Positions 22,301 to 36,100 of a stretch of 64,000 nt of DNA are shown here, one piece after another (positions within the stretch are counted from its first letter, which is position 1; every line of letters begins with the position of its first letter). Source of the stretch: Azolla caroliniana (lineage: Eukaryota; Plantae; Polypodiophyta). The notes beneath the pieces were generated by a model. The model did no database searches. It had not been told where the DNA came from and saw only the letters and a program-made list of their open reading frames with translations. The DNA lies in the NCBI GenBank assembly GCA_043228905.1, contig JBHGNT010000016.1:2728001-2792000 (forward strand), in the 5' to 3' direction. A program made the translations under genes and the position numbers.

Positions 22301-25300
22301 AAAAGTTCCAGTCAATCTAAGTTCAGAATTTTAGTTCTTCAATATCTAGATTCTTTAATAGAAGCTTATATTTATTTTGGTTCATTCTCAAAGATGAGAG
22401 AACATTTAAAGATGTGGTCTCTTGTTCGGATTTATAGTCCATTTTTGCCTCTTAAGAGACATTAATATAGATTTCTTTCTTTCCTCCATTCCTTCTTTAT
22501 TTCTTTCTTTCTTTCTCTTTCTCACTGGCTATGCACTAGACAAGATTATATTCCTCGCAAAGAGTACTACATTTAGACATGTGACACATTAATTGTGCAG
22601 ACTTTGGCATGCACATTATAGAAATTAAAAATAGGTACCTGTAATAGCATAAAGAGCACACAGTTTGTGGAAATCAAGTGAGCGATCCTGCATGCCACAT
22701 GTAAAAAGTATTAATAACCATCACACTATAAAATGCTTGTGTACATTATTTTTTAGTAGTAATCATATTAATAGTAGAAACCCCAAACGTGAAGTGAAAA
22801 CCCACAAAAAAACAAAGAAAGATGTACAAAGTGCAAGTAGACACTATATGCAATGATATGTTTGCATTTTAAATAATGTGCAACCATATGATATGTTCAA
22901 CCTTGACATTGGGGAAGAAATGTTGGCAATGAAACTTAATCTCATATAAACCATAGCATACTTTATGCAACTCCTAATTACTATCATCGTGAGTAGAAAT
23001 AATATGATCCAGACTATAGGAATACTATTTAAATATGCATTCTTCCAAAATGAAGATAAATTAAAATCTTCAAAGAAAATATTCTGCAAAGGAAAACCAA
23101 AAACATTAAAATGCATAAAGTTTAAAGGATATCCAACAAATCCAAAAACACAAAAGATTCTGATTGACATCAACATTCCTGCTTCTGTTCCGAAAAGAAG
23201 AAATAAAAATATAACAAAAGAAAGATATGTGATAGTCTCTAACGTAGCATTTTCAAAGAATAACCAAAACAAATTGACCAGCAGAAAATTAAAAGATTTA
23301 AAAAAATAAAAAACATTAAATAAATAGTTTTGATTCACATCAATTTTTGTTTTTGTTCCTCAAAACTATACGAACATTTTTTCATTTACAGCTAGCCAGA
23401 ATAGGCATGCACACATAGACATGGTCATTAGGGACAAAAGAACCTTCAGCCATGTACACTCAAGTCCATCCACACAAAAAGTAATACATCACACCGATAG
23501 ATTGACGCCTTCCTCGGGGGTAGATGATAACCCTCATGTCGACCCAATTTTCCCAACATCAACAGAGACATAATAATCATGTATCTAAAGAGAAATGGCT
23601 TATTTTGAGACAAAGGAAAAGAAAGAAAGATATATTAACGTCTTTTAAGAGGCCAAAATGGCCTATAAGACCAAACAAGAGATTACATCGTAAGTGTTGT
23701 CTCGTCTTTGAGAACAACAAATCAAAATAAAATAAATATTACTCCGTAAATATAAGTAAATAAGATAAAAAGAGATGAGGGACACTGGTTTTTGGCACAT
23801 GTGAGATTCTCAAGTTAGATGTATTATAACTTTTGTCTTCGAATGATCTCTAGCATAGGTCGATCCAGAATGGAAAGGTCTCCAAAGCGAGGGAAGCACC
23901 TACGATGGCGGGAGATTATGGCTTTTATCTATCAATGAAAAGGGTGTTGTTGAGGTCATGGTCCATGGGGCCGGGGCCTACGTGCACGACAAATTGCTAT
24001 TACCCGATCAATTGTAACTCCTTTGTTATGTCCTGGTCAAGAGCCCATTTGTGTATCCCTTGATTGACTTGTAGCATCAATAGGAGTGATGGGGCTAAAG
24101 AAAGTTGTGATTGTTCTTTGTGGATGAGCTTGTGTGGTTGTATTCCTCAACAACTTTTCCCGATGTCTCTTCAGCTCTAGCAAGCAAAGCCCTAGGCACC
24201 GTTGGTCCTCATATTCCATTACCTTGTGTAGCAGGCCAAAGCCTTGTTTAAAGAGGCAATGGTATCTCCCTGTAATTTCATAAAAGACACTACAGTGACA
24301 AAAATAGTGTTCTTCGGATTCCACTCCTTGATGACACAATTGGCAAATTCATTCTTCTAGAGGTAGTCGTGTATATCTGCCTACCTCAATCTGTAACTGA
24401 TGTGATGATGTTCGCAGCTGCCCTATCACACTGCGTAGTGCATAGGATAGATGTATGTCCATATAAGGTGGCCTGATGATGAATCAATCCTCCGATGTGT
24501 GTAAGTGTGTCTTATAGTGGACCATCTTCGTACCAAGTGATATTTTGGGGCTGATCAATGTTATCTTGTTTTCCAAGTTAATAATCTCAGTTCGGATCAC
24601 TCTATTCTTTTCCACTTTGGTCATATTTAGATTGGGACAGTCCAAGCTATATTGGAACAGGGGTAGTACATCTAAACTCATGCCATGTGATTGGAACCAT
24701 TACTGCATTTCAGCATACCAACAATGAATGTCTCCATTTTCAACTAGTTGTCTTGATGACATAAGGGCCAACCTTGGTACCTTCATTTAGGGAGCTCCCA
24801 AAGACGTTGGATAAATGTCACTGATCGGAACAATGCCTCGGTGATTATAGGTGTTGCTCTCATCTCTGTCTGGATTATATCGTGGGGCACCGATGCTTTG
24901 CTCCTTATCATGCGGGCAATCATTGACACTAAAGGTCTCTCTAAATCTTTCCAATGATTTTCCTTATTAAGACTCAGTCCCCACGTTTCTACTCCATAGA
25001 GAAGAGTTGGTGTTACAAGTGTATCAAATAACCATAGCTTAGTTTGTGGCTCTTAGAACTGCAAATGTGCACATTGTCTCTCAAGAGCATCAAGGGCTGC
25101 ACATCCATGAGAAAGTCGGGCACACGCAGCCTCCCGTAAGGAGAACATAGCCCATGTAAATGTTACTCCTAGGTATGTGTAGGAGCGTGTGTATTCCACC
25201 TTTTCCTCTCCCAAGAAGAATTCTGGTTCTGATCTTGTTACACATCCTTGAGTGGTGTTAAACACCATCACTTTAGTTTTATCCATGTTGATTGACAAAC

Positions 25301-27094
25301 CTTTGTCCGTAAAAAATAGTTTTAAGGCATTTAGATGTCTTTGTAGTCCCTCTGGAGAGTCAGAAATCAGCACAATATCATCAGCATATAGTAATATTTG
25401 TATATCTATACCTGCTAGGCGTGCTCCCGAAACCCCAAATCTCTCTATGTAATGTGATACCTCATCTATATAGAGAGTGGGTGATGGTGGGCATCCTTGC
25501 TGCACTCCGATTGTGCTAGCCACTGCCTCTGACAAACCCTTGGAAGATCGCACTTTTCCTGACACAGATTCATAGAGTGCATAGAGTCCCGATTGCATAT
25601 CTGTAGGAACACCAGCCGAGCACGTGGTACAGTGTCAAAGGCTTTTCGGAAATCCACAAAGCAGCACTAAATCCTTTTATTATGGGCTCTGCCCTCCTCA
25701 ATAAGGGCCCAGAGGGTCAATATGTGATCCAAAGAGACTATGTTGACAAGGTCCATAGCAAAGAGGAAAGATATCTATCAAATGGTGGATCTGATTGATC
25801 ATTATTGCATAGATGTATCTCTCAGGGAGGCATTGTTTAAAACTGGGAATGATATCCAGCAAATCACTGAAACTCGTCTGTGATTGAATCCACCTTTGAC
25901 AAACTCTAACTTTCTATAGTGCCGGTGGAAGATCTTCATAGTAGGAGTTTTCTGCAATGGAACTAACTCCATAGAGCCTCTCAGCCTCTTCAACTTTTTC
26001 AATATTAATCTTATATGTCTCTAAAGTTCAAGCTAAGTTTATACGTCTTTATAGGTAGAGTCCAAGCTAGAACTGATCTTCTGATCACCAATTTTTACAG
26101 AGCGCCCATCTCAAGAACAAGAATATAAATATTCTACCTTACTAGGCAGAGACATGGGTATTTCTTTGTATTCAACATCCTCTCTGAAGAGTTAATAGAT
26201 AGTGATGAAAGTTATGGAATCTTGGACCCTAAAAGTGGCCAATCACACATCTAATATTTAAGGAGAAGAGACAGTGTATGTCCATGCTCTTGAAGACTCA
26301 AAAATCATACCATGTCAAAGAGAAAAGACAACCTTGAGAGAAAGCCTTCACGATCCCTGAAGTCCATAATGTATGATTGAAATATAAGCTACTTGATGAT
26401 GCACTAAATATTATCTTTCAGAAAGCTGAATTCCATGTATTTAACAATCTGAGATCCAAACTAGTCCACAAAAAGGCAAAAAGACACATACCAGGTGATG
26501 GATTGGAACTGTAGTCAGCGTTCCAAAACGACCATTGATGCGGCCTACAATTTCATGCACCTGACTCGTAAGACGCTGATCTGTATCCATGAAAGAAAAT
26601 CATCCATAGATCAGTTTATGTTTGATAAGCGCCTATTCACTGTTAGTTTGCCAAGATTTTGGGTGGAATGGAATGTAGAATGTAATCAAGTGCATACATA
26701 CATGGCTAAAATATTGAGAAAAAGAAAGCAGTCCAGTATATGTCCATTGAAGCCACCCATAGCACACCATGAAAGATTTTTGTGTTGATATAGAAAATTT
26801 ACACTAGCCAATATAATGATAATTCCATTAGATTTGAGCACACCAAAATAATCAACATGGAGAGCTAGTTGATAGTGTCGAGTTGAAAACAGGTTATGAA
26901 CACATCAGAAACACATTACTAACAATGGGTAAAATACCCGAGCCAACTGCCCATTCAAATTTGCATCCCAAGTGACTATGATTGACTCCATTCCCTCCAT
27001 AATTAAAAAGTAAAAGGAGGAGGCCATGAGGTTTTTTTTGGTACCACCTATGTGTAATGGTGGATTTAGCAGAAGTAACAATAGAGAGCGAGCG

Positions 27095-27155
<61 letters not shown>

Positions 27156-30100
27156 TATATTAATATCTTTTAAGAGGCCAAAATGGCCTATAAGACCAAA
27201 CAAGAGATTACATCTTAAGTGTTGTCTCGTCTTTGAGAACAACAAATGAAAATAAAAAAAAAGTAGAGAACAGTTGAAGTGCAGAGAAAACACTGAAAGA
27301 GAGGGAGGGGACATGCACAAGTTCTTGGCTCCCCTTAATAATTCGTTTTAAAGGGCAAAAGTAAATGGTTTTACTAGAATGTGATTTTAGGGAAGTTGAA
27401 CCAGTTCACACTGACCAAGTGTAGATGGCCTTTATAACTGCACAAACGGCGAGTTCTTGAACATTTATACCCAACAACCTCCCACTTAAGAGTGCCAATG
27501 AGGCTCCTTTACGCTATGTAACTCCCACTAGCTGGAGACAATGTTGTGTGTTGGTTATGATTGTGTATAGTGCTAATTTTATGCAACAAGATGAGTCCAT
27601 CTTCTATCACCTCCCTCATAAAGTGATACCATGTGCATGCATGAAACATGGCATTCGTAGCCAAGCATATGATACTTTGGCTAACACTATATAGGGCCAG
27701 TGTCTTCCCAGGTGGACCAAGCTCATTGTCAAGATGAGCCAAACATATGACTTCTTTGAGACCTCAGTTGCTGAAATATATTCAGCCTCTGTAGTAGATA
27801 CTGCAACAATCCTCTGCAATCTGGAATACTATGAAACCCCACCAACACCAAGAGTAAGCATATATCCACTCGTGAATTTGCATGTATCCACATCACCCAC
27901 CATACCAACATCACAGAATCCATGTAATTCTCCTCCTTTAAATATCTCCAAATGTACCTTGTTAGGATTAGCCATGGACCTGCTAACAACTCACTGCATG
28001 TGCACTATATCATCTTGTAGCAACCATGTATACATCAAAGAACTACAAGATGAAGCCTCTGCTGCTGCCTATCCCTCTTAATCCTCATACCCGAGATATG
28101 TTCAGTTGAATCAAAATCTTTCATGGCACCTGCTCATTTTAACTGGTCTTTCAGTGCATGAATAGTACTTTTCTTTTCTTCAGCAATAAGAATATCACCT
28201 ACATAAAGCACCAAGATGATGGGGCAGCCATCCACATCTCTTTTTGTGTAAGGACAATTATCTGTATGGCATCTTTTAAATCACTGTGATAACAAAAAAT
28301 TATCAAACTTTCTGCACTACAATCTCGGAGCTTGTTTCAGAGTATATAGACTCCTCCTGTGTTCACAGTGGATGTTCCTTACCAGAAATTGCAAACCCAT
28401 CTTGGTCTTTGCATATGTAGTTCTTCGATGTCTTCAATGTAGTTCTTTACATCCATTAGTGCAAAGCATCAAGTTAAATTGCAGTAAGAGCAAACAAAGC
28501 CCGCAAGGTGATCATCTATGGAGTAAAGACATGGAGACCGAGTCTTAACAAGGCAAATCATTGGAAAGATTTAGAGAGACCTTTAGTGTCAATGATTGCT
28601 CGCATGATAAGGAGCAAAGCATCAGTGCCCCACGATATAATCCGGGCAGATATGGGAGCAGCACCTATAATAACCGAGGCGTTGTTCCTATCAGTGACAT
28701 TTATCCAATGTCTTTGGGAGCTCCTTAAACGAAGGTACCCAAGGTTGGCACTTATGTCATCAAAATAACTGGCTGAAAATGGAGAGAGACACTCATTGTT
28801 GGTATGCTGAAATGCAGTAATGGGTATAAATGCACTACCCCCGTTCCAATATAGCTTGGACTGTCCCCATCTAAATATGACCAAAGTGGAAAAGAATAGA
28901 GTGATCCGAACTGATATTATTAACTTAGAAAACAAGATAACATGGATCAGCCCCAAAATACCACTTGGTACAAAGATGGCCCACTATAAGACACACTTCT
29001 TACGTACATTGGAGGATGGATTTGTCATCAAGCCACCTTATATGGACATACATCTATCCTATGCGTTGCGTAGTGTGATAGGGCAGCTGCGAACTTCATC
29101 ACATCAGCTACAGATTGAGGTAGGCAGATATACACGAATACCTCTAGAAGAATGAATTTGCCAATTGTGTCATCATGGAGTGGAATCTGAAGAACACTAT
29201 GTTTGTCATTGTAGTGTCTTTTATGAAATCAGAGGGAGATACCATTGCCTCTTTAAACAAGGCTTTGGCCCACTACACAAGGTAATGGAATATGAGGACC
29301 AACGATGCCTAGGACTTTTCTTGCTAGAGCTCACGAGACATCGGGAAAAGTTGTTGAAGAATACAACCACACAAGCTCATCCACAAAGAACAATCACAAC
29401 TTTCTTTAGCCCCATCACTCCTAATGCTAGAAGTCAACCCCGGGATACACAAATGGGCTTCAAACCAGGACATAACAAAGGGGTTACAATTGATCGGGCA
29501 ATGGCAATTTGCCGTGCACGTAGGCCTCGGGCCCATGGACCACGACCTCAACACCCTTGTCATCGACAAATAAAAGCCATTATCTCCCGCCATCGTAGGT
29601 GCTTCCCTCGCTTCAGAGACATTTCCATTCTGGATCGACCTATGCTAGAGATCTTTCGAAGACAAAAGCTACAATATACCTAACTTGAGGATCTCACATG
29701 TGCGAAAAACCAGATTCCCTCATTAATTTTCTTTTCATGTTATTTACTTTTATATTTACTGTGTAATATTTATTTTATTTTGATTTGTTCTCAAAGACGA
29801 GACAACACTTAAGATGTAATCTATTATTTGGTCTTATAGGCCATTTTGGCCTTTTAAAAGACGTTAATATATCTTTCTTTCTTTCTACTACCAAGGAGAA
29901 TACCTCTTTAAATTCAACACCTTTTACTTGTACATAGCCTTTTGCAACCAACCTTGCTCTATACTTAGCTTTTCCATCCACCATCTTAATTTAATATGCC
30001 CACCTGTAAGGAATGATATTCTTACCCTTGGACAATTTAATACTTGATTTACAAGCAACGTTGCTATTAGCTTTTGCTAAACTTCATAAGCAGTATCGCA

Positions 30101-33100
30101 ATTCTTCAGGTTCAAAAGGATTTCATCTATCACAATCATTTGAATGTGTGTAATGGCTTTCTTATTCAATTTCAACCATGCAAGGTTTGTCAAAGTAGTT
30201 GGCTTCTCACTTTCAAAACATGGTCAAATTTCTTGGGAAATAGGATGTAACAAATCCTAACCTTTCACAAATCAAAGCTTTTGATCTCAAATAGTGATTT
30301 TAGAGCACTCGTAGTTTTGGCCAAAAGACAGGTGATTTTAGATCACTCGTAGTTTTGACCAAAGGACAAGCGATTTTAGGCCACCAAAAATCAAGCAGAT
30401 GGAAAATCCCTAAGAAAAACAGGATCCCTGTTTGTGAGCATCTAGCATTTTAGGAAGATACTTCATGTTGATATGCCCACATAGCATCATGGTTTGAGTT
30501 CCATGGTTTCCTCATAGATACACCACCGCCCTTCCAATACTATTTGGATGCACCGTCTCTTACACTAACTCAGAGATTAGCAGCACCATAAAGCAAGATC
30601 ATAGACACTTTGCTGCATATTTTAATATAGGAACCAATTACACTTCCACTGCCTCTTCAGGATGGATTTGGACCATTCTCTTGAGTCATAGAATTCTATG
30701 ATAAAAGATGTTTGGGACAATCTTTATTAGAGATCCTAAACTCCGAGTCTTTTCCGAGGTGAATTGTACAAAGGCAGATGTCCCGTTTCTTCAGAGGTTC
30801 ATACCAAGATACCTCAGAGCCAGCAGCACTAACACCTCATTGAAGTATATTGCTTGACCAAGCTGCTCACTCGGCTCATTCCAATTTCCTGAGGATACGC
30901 AATTATCTTATTTATGATGTAAATTGCTGCATGATCACCCTGTGGTTCCTGCACTGTCCCAAAAATTGAGGGAGAGTGAGAAATAAAGTTGCGACATTCC
31001 TACTTTCTCAAAAATTGAGAGGGGGGGATAAAGAAAGAAAGATATATTAACGTCTTTTAAGAGGCCAAAATGGCCTATAAGACCAAACAAGAGATTATAT
31101 ATTAAGTGTTGTCTCGTCTTTGAGAACAACAAATCAAAATAAAATAAATATTACTCCATAAATATAAAAGTAAATAAGATAAAAAGTGACGAGGGAATCT
31201 GGTTTTCAGGACATGTGAGATTCTCAAGTTAGATATATTGTAGCTTTTGTCTTCGAAAGATCTCTAGCATAGGTCGATCCAGAATGGAAAGGTCTCCAAA
31301 GCGAGGGAAGCACCTGAGATGGCGAGAGATAATGACCTTTATCTGTCGATGACAAGGGTGTTGAGGTTGTGGTCCATGGGGCCGGGGCCTACGTGCACAA
31401 CAAATTGCTATTGCCTGATCAGAGGAAAGCAAAATTTGAACCAAAAAAAATCTGTAACCGGTTAAGCCCAATGATTCAGTTTGGTTCAGTTCAGTTCAAG
31501 TTTGAACTCCTCCAAATCAGTTAAGGCTTCACCAGTTCAGCATGAGTAATGCTAAACTGGTTAACCCAAAATTGCATTGTTGCCAATTCCCACTCTAAGG
31601 TGTGAGTGCACAGAAGGACTACCATTATGAGCTACTCTCATATGTAGTAGAAAGTTTATTCACACATACATCTGTGAGTGTAACTCTATATACATATCTA
31701 GTCTATTCTCAATATTTCTAACAATCCTCCATATTACTTGTAGTTTAATCAGGGCCTAGAGACACGGGACAGCTAATTAGTTTAGGTGTATTTAACGTTT
31801 ATTTATTTTACCAAACTTCTATAAGATTCACATGGATATAACTTTTGGTTCCATAGGTGACTTTGGCCTCTTGAAAATGTTAATATAGAATTTTGTTTCA
31901 TTTCTCTAAATTATAAAATCTTAAACTTTTAAAAACAGGTTTTAAATCTTTGGAACAGAAAGGATAATATATAAGCATACAATCATGCACATCTGTCCTA
32001 GTTGGGACTGCTATCTGCACCAACTGCACTTTATCTCTCCATTGAGCATTTTCATCAAGAAATTTTTCGAAGGCAAGTAGCTTCTGAGGGATTCCTTTGA
32101 TCATGTCTAAACGATCCACACCAAGCATCACCTGCATATATTAAATCGAATTTATGAGAACCTTGTAGCAACCACCTAATTACATGGTATACATTTGTAA
32201 TACATGTGATTGGATAAAATGGTAATCATTGTATATGAGATTCCAGATTACACAATTAGAAAAAACTAATACCTTCCGCCCGGCAAACTGATCCTGTAGT
32301 TCTTTGATATACATCTGCACCTCTGGTGTTTCAAGTGCATTGAAGAATCTTTGAGGGTCGATGCCAATAGGAAACTGTGAATAACCATCATAATCACTTT
32401 ATAAAAGATCACTACAAGCATGGAGAATTCAGAAGAAATAAATAGCTACTTTGTATGCAAATACATTGCTTACAATCACTTCACCGTTGAGAAACTAATC
32501 ATTTCTGAAATATATTAAAGCACTTATGTCCATCCAGCAACACTGGTGAACAGTCAACAATAGCCTAGCGGAGTTCCAAGCAACTTACAGTTTCCCATAG
32601 CCTTTCGAGTGCACTCTACAATTGGTCACCTCATCAACAATAAGGAAATTAAAGTGAAATTTTGTGGTGGAAACAATGGATTTATTGCCTCTAAGAGCCT
32701 CCACAATCACAGTATTATGAGACGAGAGTGAAATAGGAAAATAGCATAATCTTCACCATATTTGGATGGAGTAACAATGGTTCCTTTTTAAAGGATATTG
32801 TGCTGTATCATTAAAGCAACCCATCCACATTCAAGACGAATCCAATCAGTACATGGTCAAGATGCACAGATAAAGTACCAACCAGCAATGCCGCATATAT
32901 TATTATCCTCATGAAATATATAATCTAATTAAGAGGGGAGGGGAAGAGAAAGCAAACGAGCTATAAAAGATGATGCTTAGATTTAAATTCACTTATATGA
33001 TTTTAAAAATAAATATCAATGAGAACAAATGCTCAATTGGTACCGCAGCAACTCGAGTAAGCTTTCCTAAAGGATAATCTTCTACTCCTGATGGAGTACC

Positions 33101-36100
33101 CTCTAGGCCGAGTATACGAGTGCATGCACTCACAAAATGTCTAGCATAATCATATGTGTGAAATCTGCAGAATATAAAGCAATGAGTTTCCACTTGGGCA
33201 ATTGAAGTCCTGATAACCTATATTTCATCAACTTATTTACTTCATCAATATTAAATGAAAACAGTGTGTGATGCACTTATTTAGCTCAAGTATCAAATAA
33301 GGCAAAAGTAACGGTGGATTAGTGCCTGTCTTTTCAGAAAATAATAATGTGATTATAGTCAAATAGAAACTATACAAATAAAGCAATAAAAAATCACTCT
33401 TTTACAGCTAAGATCTACAGCGGAATGATCACAAGCTTCAGTTAAAAATGATATTCCTATCAAAACTCAACCAACTAACAAATTCATCTGTAATATAGTT
33501 AAAAAAAAAATTGCTTTGATTTTTGGATTCCTGAGTACCACAAATGGAAGGCTTATGTTTCAGGATAGAGCCATCTTTAGTATTTTCAGTTGACAATTTA
33601 TCTACAGTTTAGCTCATAAGATCTTTTGCTTTTACTTTATATATACCACCATCATGATAATACACCTCTTACGTCTCATGTATCATTTGTTTTTCTTTCT
33701 TGAGGAGCTTGCTGTGTAGTTCCAACTTCCAAAACCCCATGGAAACATGATAGCAAACTTCACAATGGTTCATTAGGAAAATCAAGCTAAATTTTGGAAC
33801 CTTCAGAACCTTATTACTCTCTAAAAAGAGCAATAAGACAGGGTACACATAAGAATTTTAAGCTCCAGATAATATAGTAAGCCCAGAAATTGTGCGGGGT
33901 GTGGCCCCCAGGACCCCCCCTCCCCTCATATATCCAACATAAGAAATTTGATGATCTCTAGTTAACTTATTTGTATTTTGTATCATACAAGCATAGACCT
34001 GCATCCATATGTTCCCACTGCCTCGTGTATGCACAAGCACTGTGTCATTATTGGTTCACAGTTGTAGATAAGGATCAGGTTTGTTTGAATGTCTACCTTT
34101 CCAAGATACTGTAGCCAAGAGGCATCGGAGTATAACAGATTTATCATGTAGGCTAATCTTATTTTAGATTACTGAGGGTACTACATTTACACTCCATTCA
34201 CCACAAATATAAATAAATCTGCCATCCAAGCACACAGAAGTAAGTTTATTTCTTTATTCTTGGGTTCATAAAAACTAATTAATTTCCATCATCCAAGACT
34301 TTAGAAACCAAGCTTCAATCTAATGTGAATGAATCATCACATAATGGCGTAAATGACTTACCCAATCAAATCAGCACAAAGGACTGCCTTAAGCAACTCT
34401 GAACGTGAAGGTAAAGTGCGGTATATTTCAGATGATGGAAATGGCGTGTGAAGGAACCATCCTACTTTCATCTTACTGTCAAGATCCTTCAAGCATTTTG
34501 GAAGAAACATCAAGTGGTAATCATGACACCATATAATATCTCCTTCTTTATAAATTCTATAGACAACCTCTGCAAACATGCTGTTTGCTCTTTTGTAAGC
34601 TTTAAGTTGATCTTCAAGGCTTCGAGTTGCGGAAAGCCTGTCTTCTTGTGGCAGACCAAGATAATGAAAGAGTGGCCAGAGGACGTTATTGCAGTAACCA
34701 TTGTAGTATTGATGCACTGTTTCTTCATCAAGAAATACTGGTACACATCTCTGGTATAAAAACAATTATCAGAAACATCAAATATAAGCATAACAACACA
34801 GGAAATTGTTAATCTAGGTATGAACGTTTGAGTAGGTATTCAAACAGGATTGCAAAAGGAACTGAGAAAAGTTTCAAACTCCAAAGATACTCAAGGATTC
34901 AGACTCTACTGTAGCTGGCCCCCATGTCCAAGAATTTCCTCGACAAGTTTATTCATATTATCATCATGAAGTATCCTAATTAGGCATGGCAGAGACTCCA
35001 TGAACACAAACCATAATATTTATTACATACAAGAGCAACCCTATCTACAGTATAGAAGCCGACAGACAGTAATTGTGCAATATTTGCACTTTCTACCTGA
35101 TTCCTCTAGAATTTAAATAGCATGGTAGCAATTGACAATGCAAACCAAACCGCAAAAACTGCAGCTTAACAGCTTAATGGTTGAAATGGTTCAAGGGTTC
35201 AGTTTGAGCCTTTATTGTCCTAATGGTTTGCAGTTGAACGGCTTCAAACAGTAGCTTAGATCACTTAAAAGGTTGAGGTTACAATATTTTTGAAATATTT
35301 ATTAAATATGAATTAACTTTATAAAGTTACGAGCTATAGCCTATTAGGATAATAAGTTAAAAACTTGAGATCCAATATTTTCTTCTTTCAACAGTTTATA
35401 TGTAGGAAATATTTGGTTGGAAAACTTTTCGTTAAAAGAATGTGCAAAAGGTAAAACAAAATATTGGTTTGCATTGAAACCAAACTTCGAAACCATGGAT
35501 TAAGAGATAAAACGGTTTGAAATCTCTTGAGCAATTTTGTTTAAGCTTGGAAATCCCTCAAACAGTTTGTTTGAACAGTTTCGGTTCAAAGGTTTCGCGA
35601 TTTGGTTCTGTTTGGTTTAAGTTTCAAACTTCTAAAACGGTTTGAGTTTGAGATTCCAAACCAAACCAAACTGTTGCTGAATGCCATAGCATGGTGCGAT
35701 GTAGCAATAGAAGTGTGTTTTAAACCTAACACTAAACCATACGATGGATTTAAATAATATAATGGCCTGCCTGAATTCCAAACCTGACAGCTTTCATAAG
35801 ACATGGACCTCTGTAGTGCTTGTATATGTTAATTTTAAAATGAAAATAAAATCTTCCATTGAATTGATGAGAAATAAAATCAACAAACCTGTTCTTCTAA
35901 TGCTTTTGTCAATGCAATTTGATCGGCTTCATCCGTCACATTTACTCCTGCCCAACCAATCCACCTTGTCTCAAATTGTCGAACCCCTGAAAAGTACACA
36001 CCAGCAATATTCAAATCATTATCAATATACATGAATAATTTATGGGGAAAATGGGACCTAAAATAAGATTGAAAGATAAAAAAATTAACATATCTAATTG

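Larger units (their letters stand above)
27051..30400 (-). mobile_element. Internally deleted Ty1/copia element (gag N-terminus joined to RT-RNase H, PPT, 3' LTR), interrupted by two LINE insertions
   Basis: Gag-like W.KLNKKAI..IQ..V.DEIL (30130-30220). RT motifs [12 protein letters not shown] and FSLVV|[10 protein letters not shown]. RNase [22 protein letters not shown] followed by TGTTGGG at 27476. Putative LTR 27476-27051 ends in ...ACACA. Three ~39-bp tandem repeats at 30290-30380. Confidence 0.75.

Noticed and set aside
22844-23338. 164-aa hydrophobic ORF in TPS intron 7
   Set aside because: Arises from T-rich low-complexity intron sequence; no domain signature.
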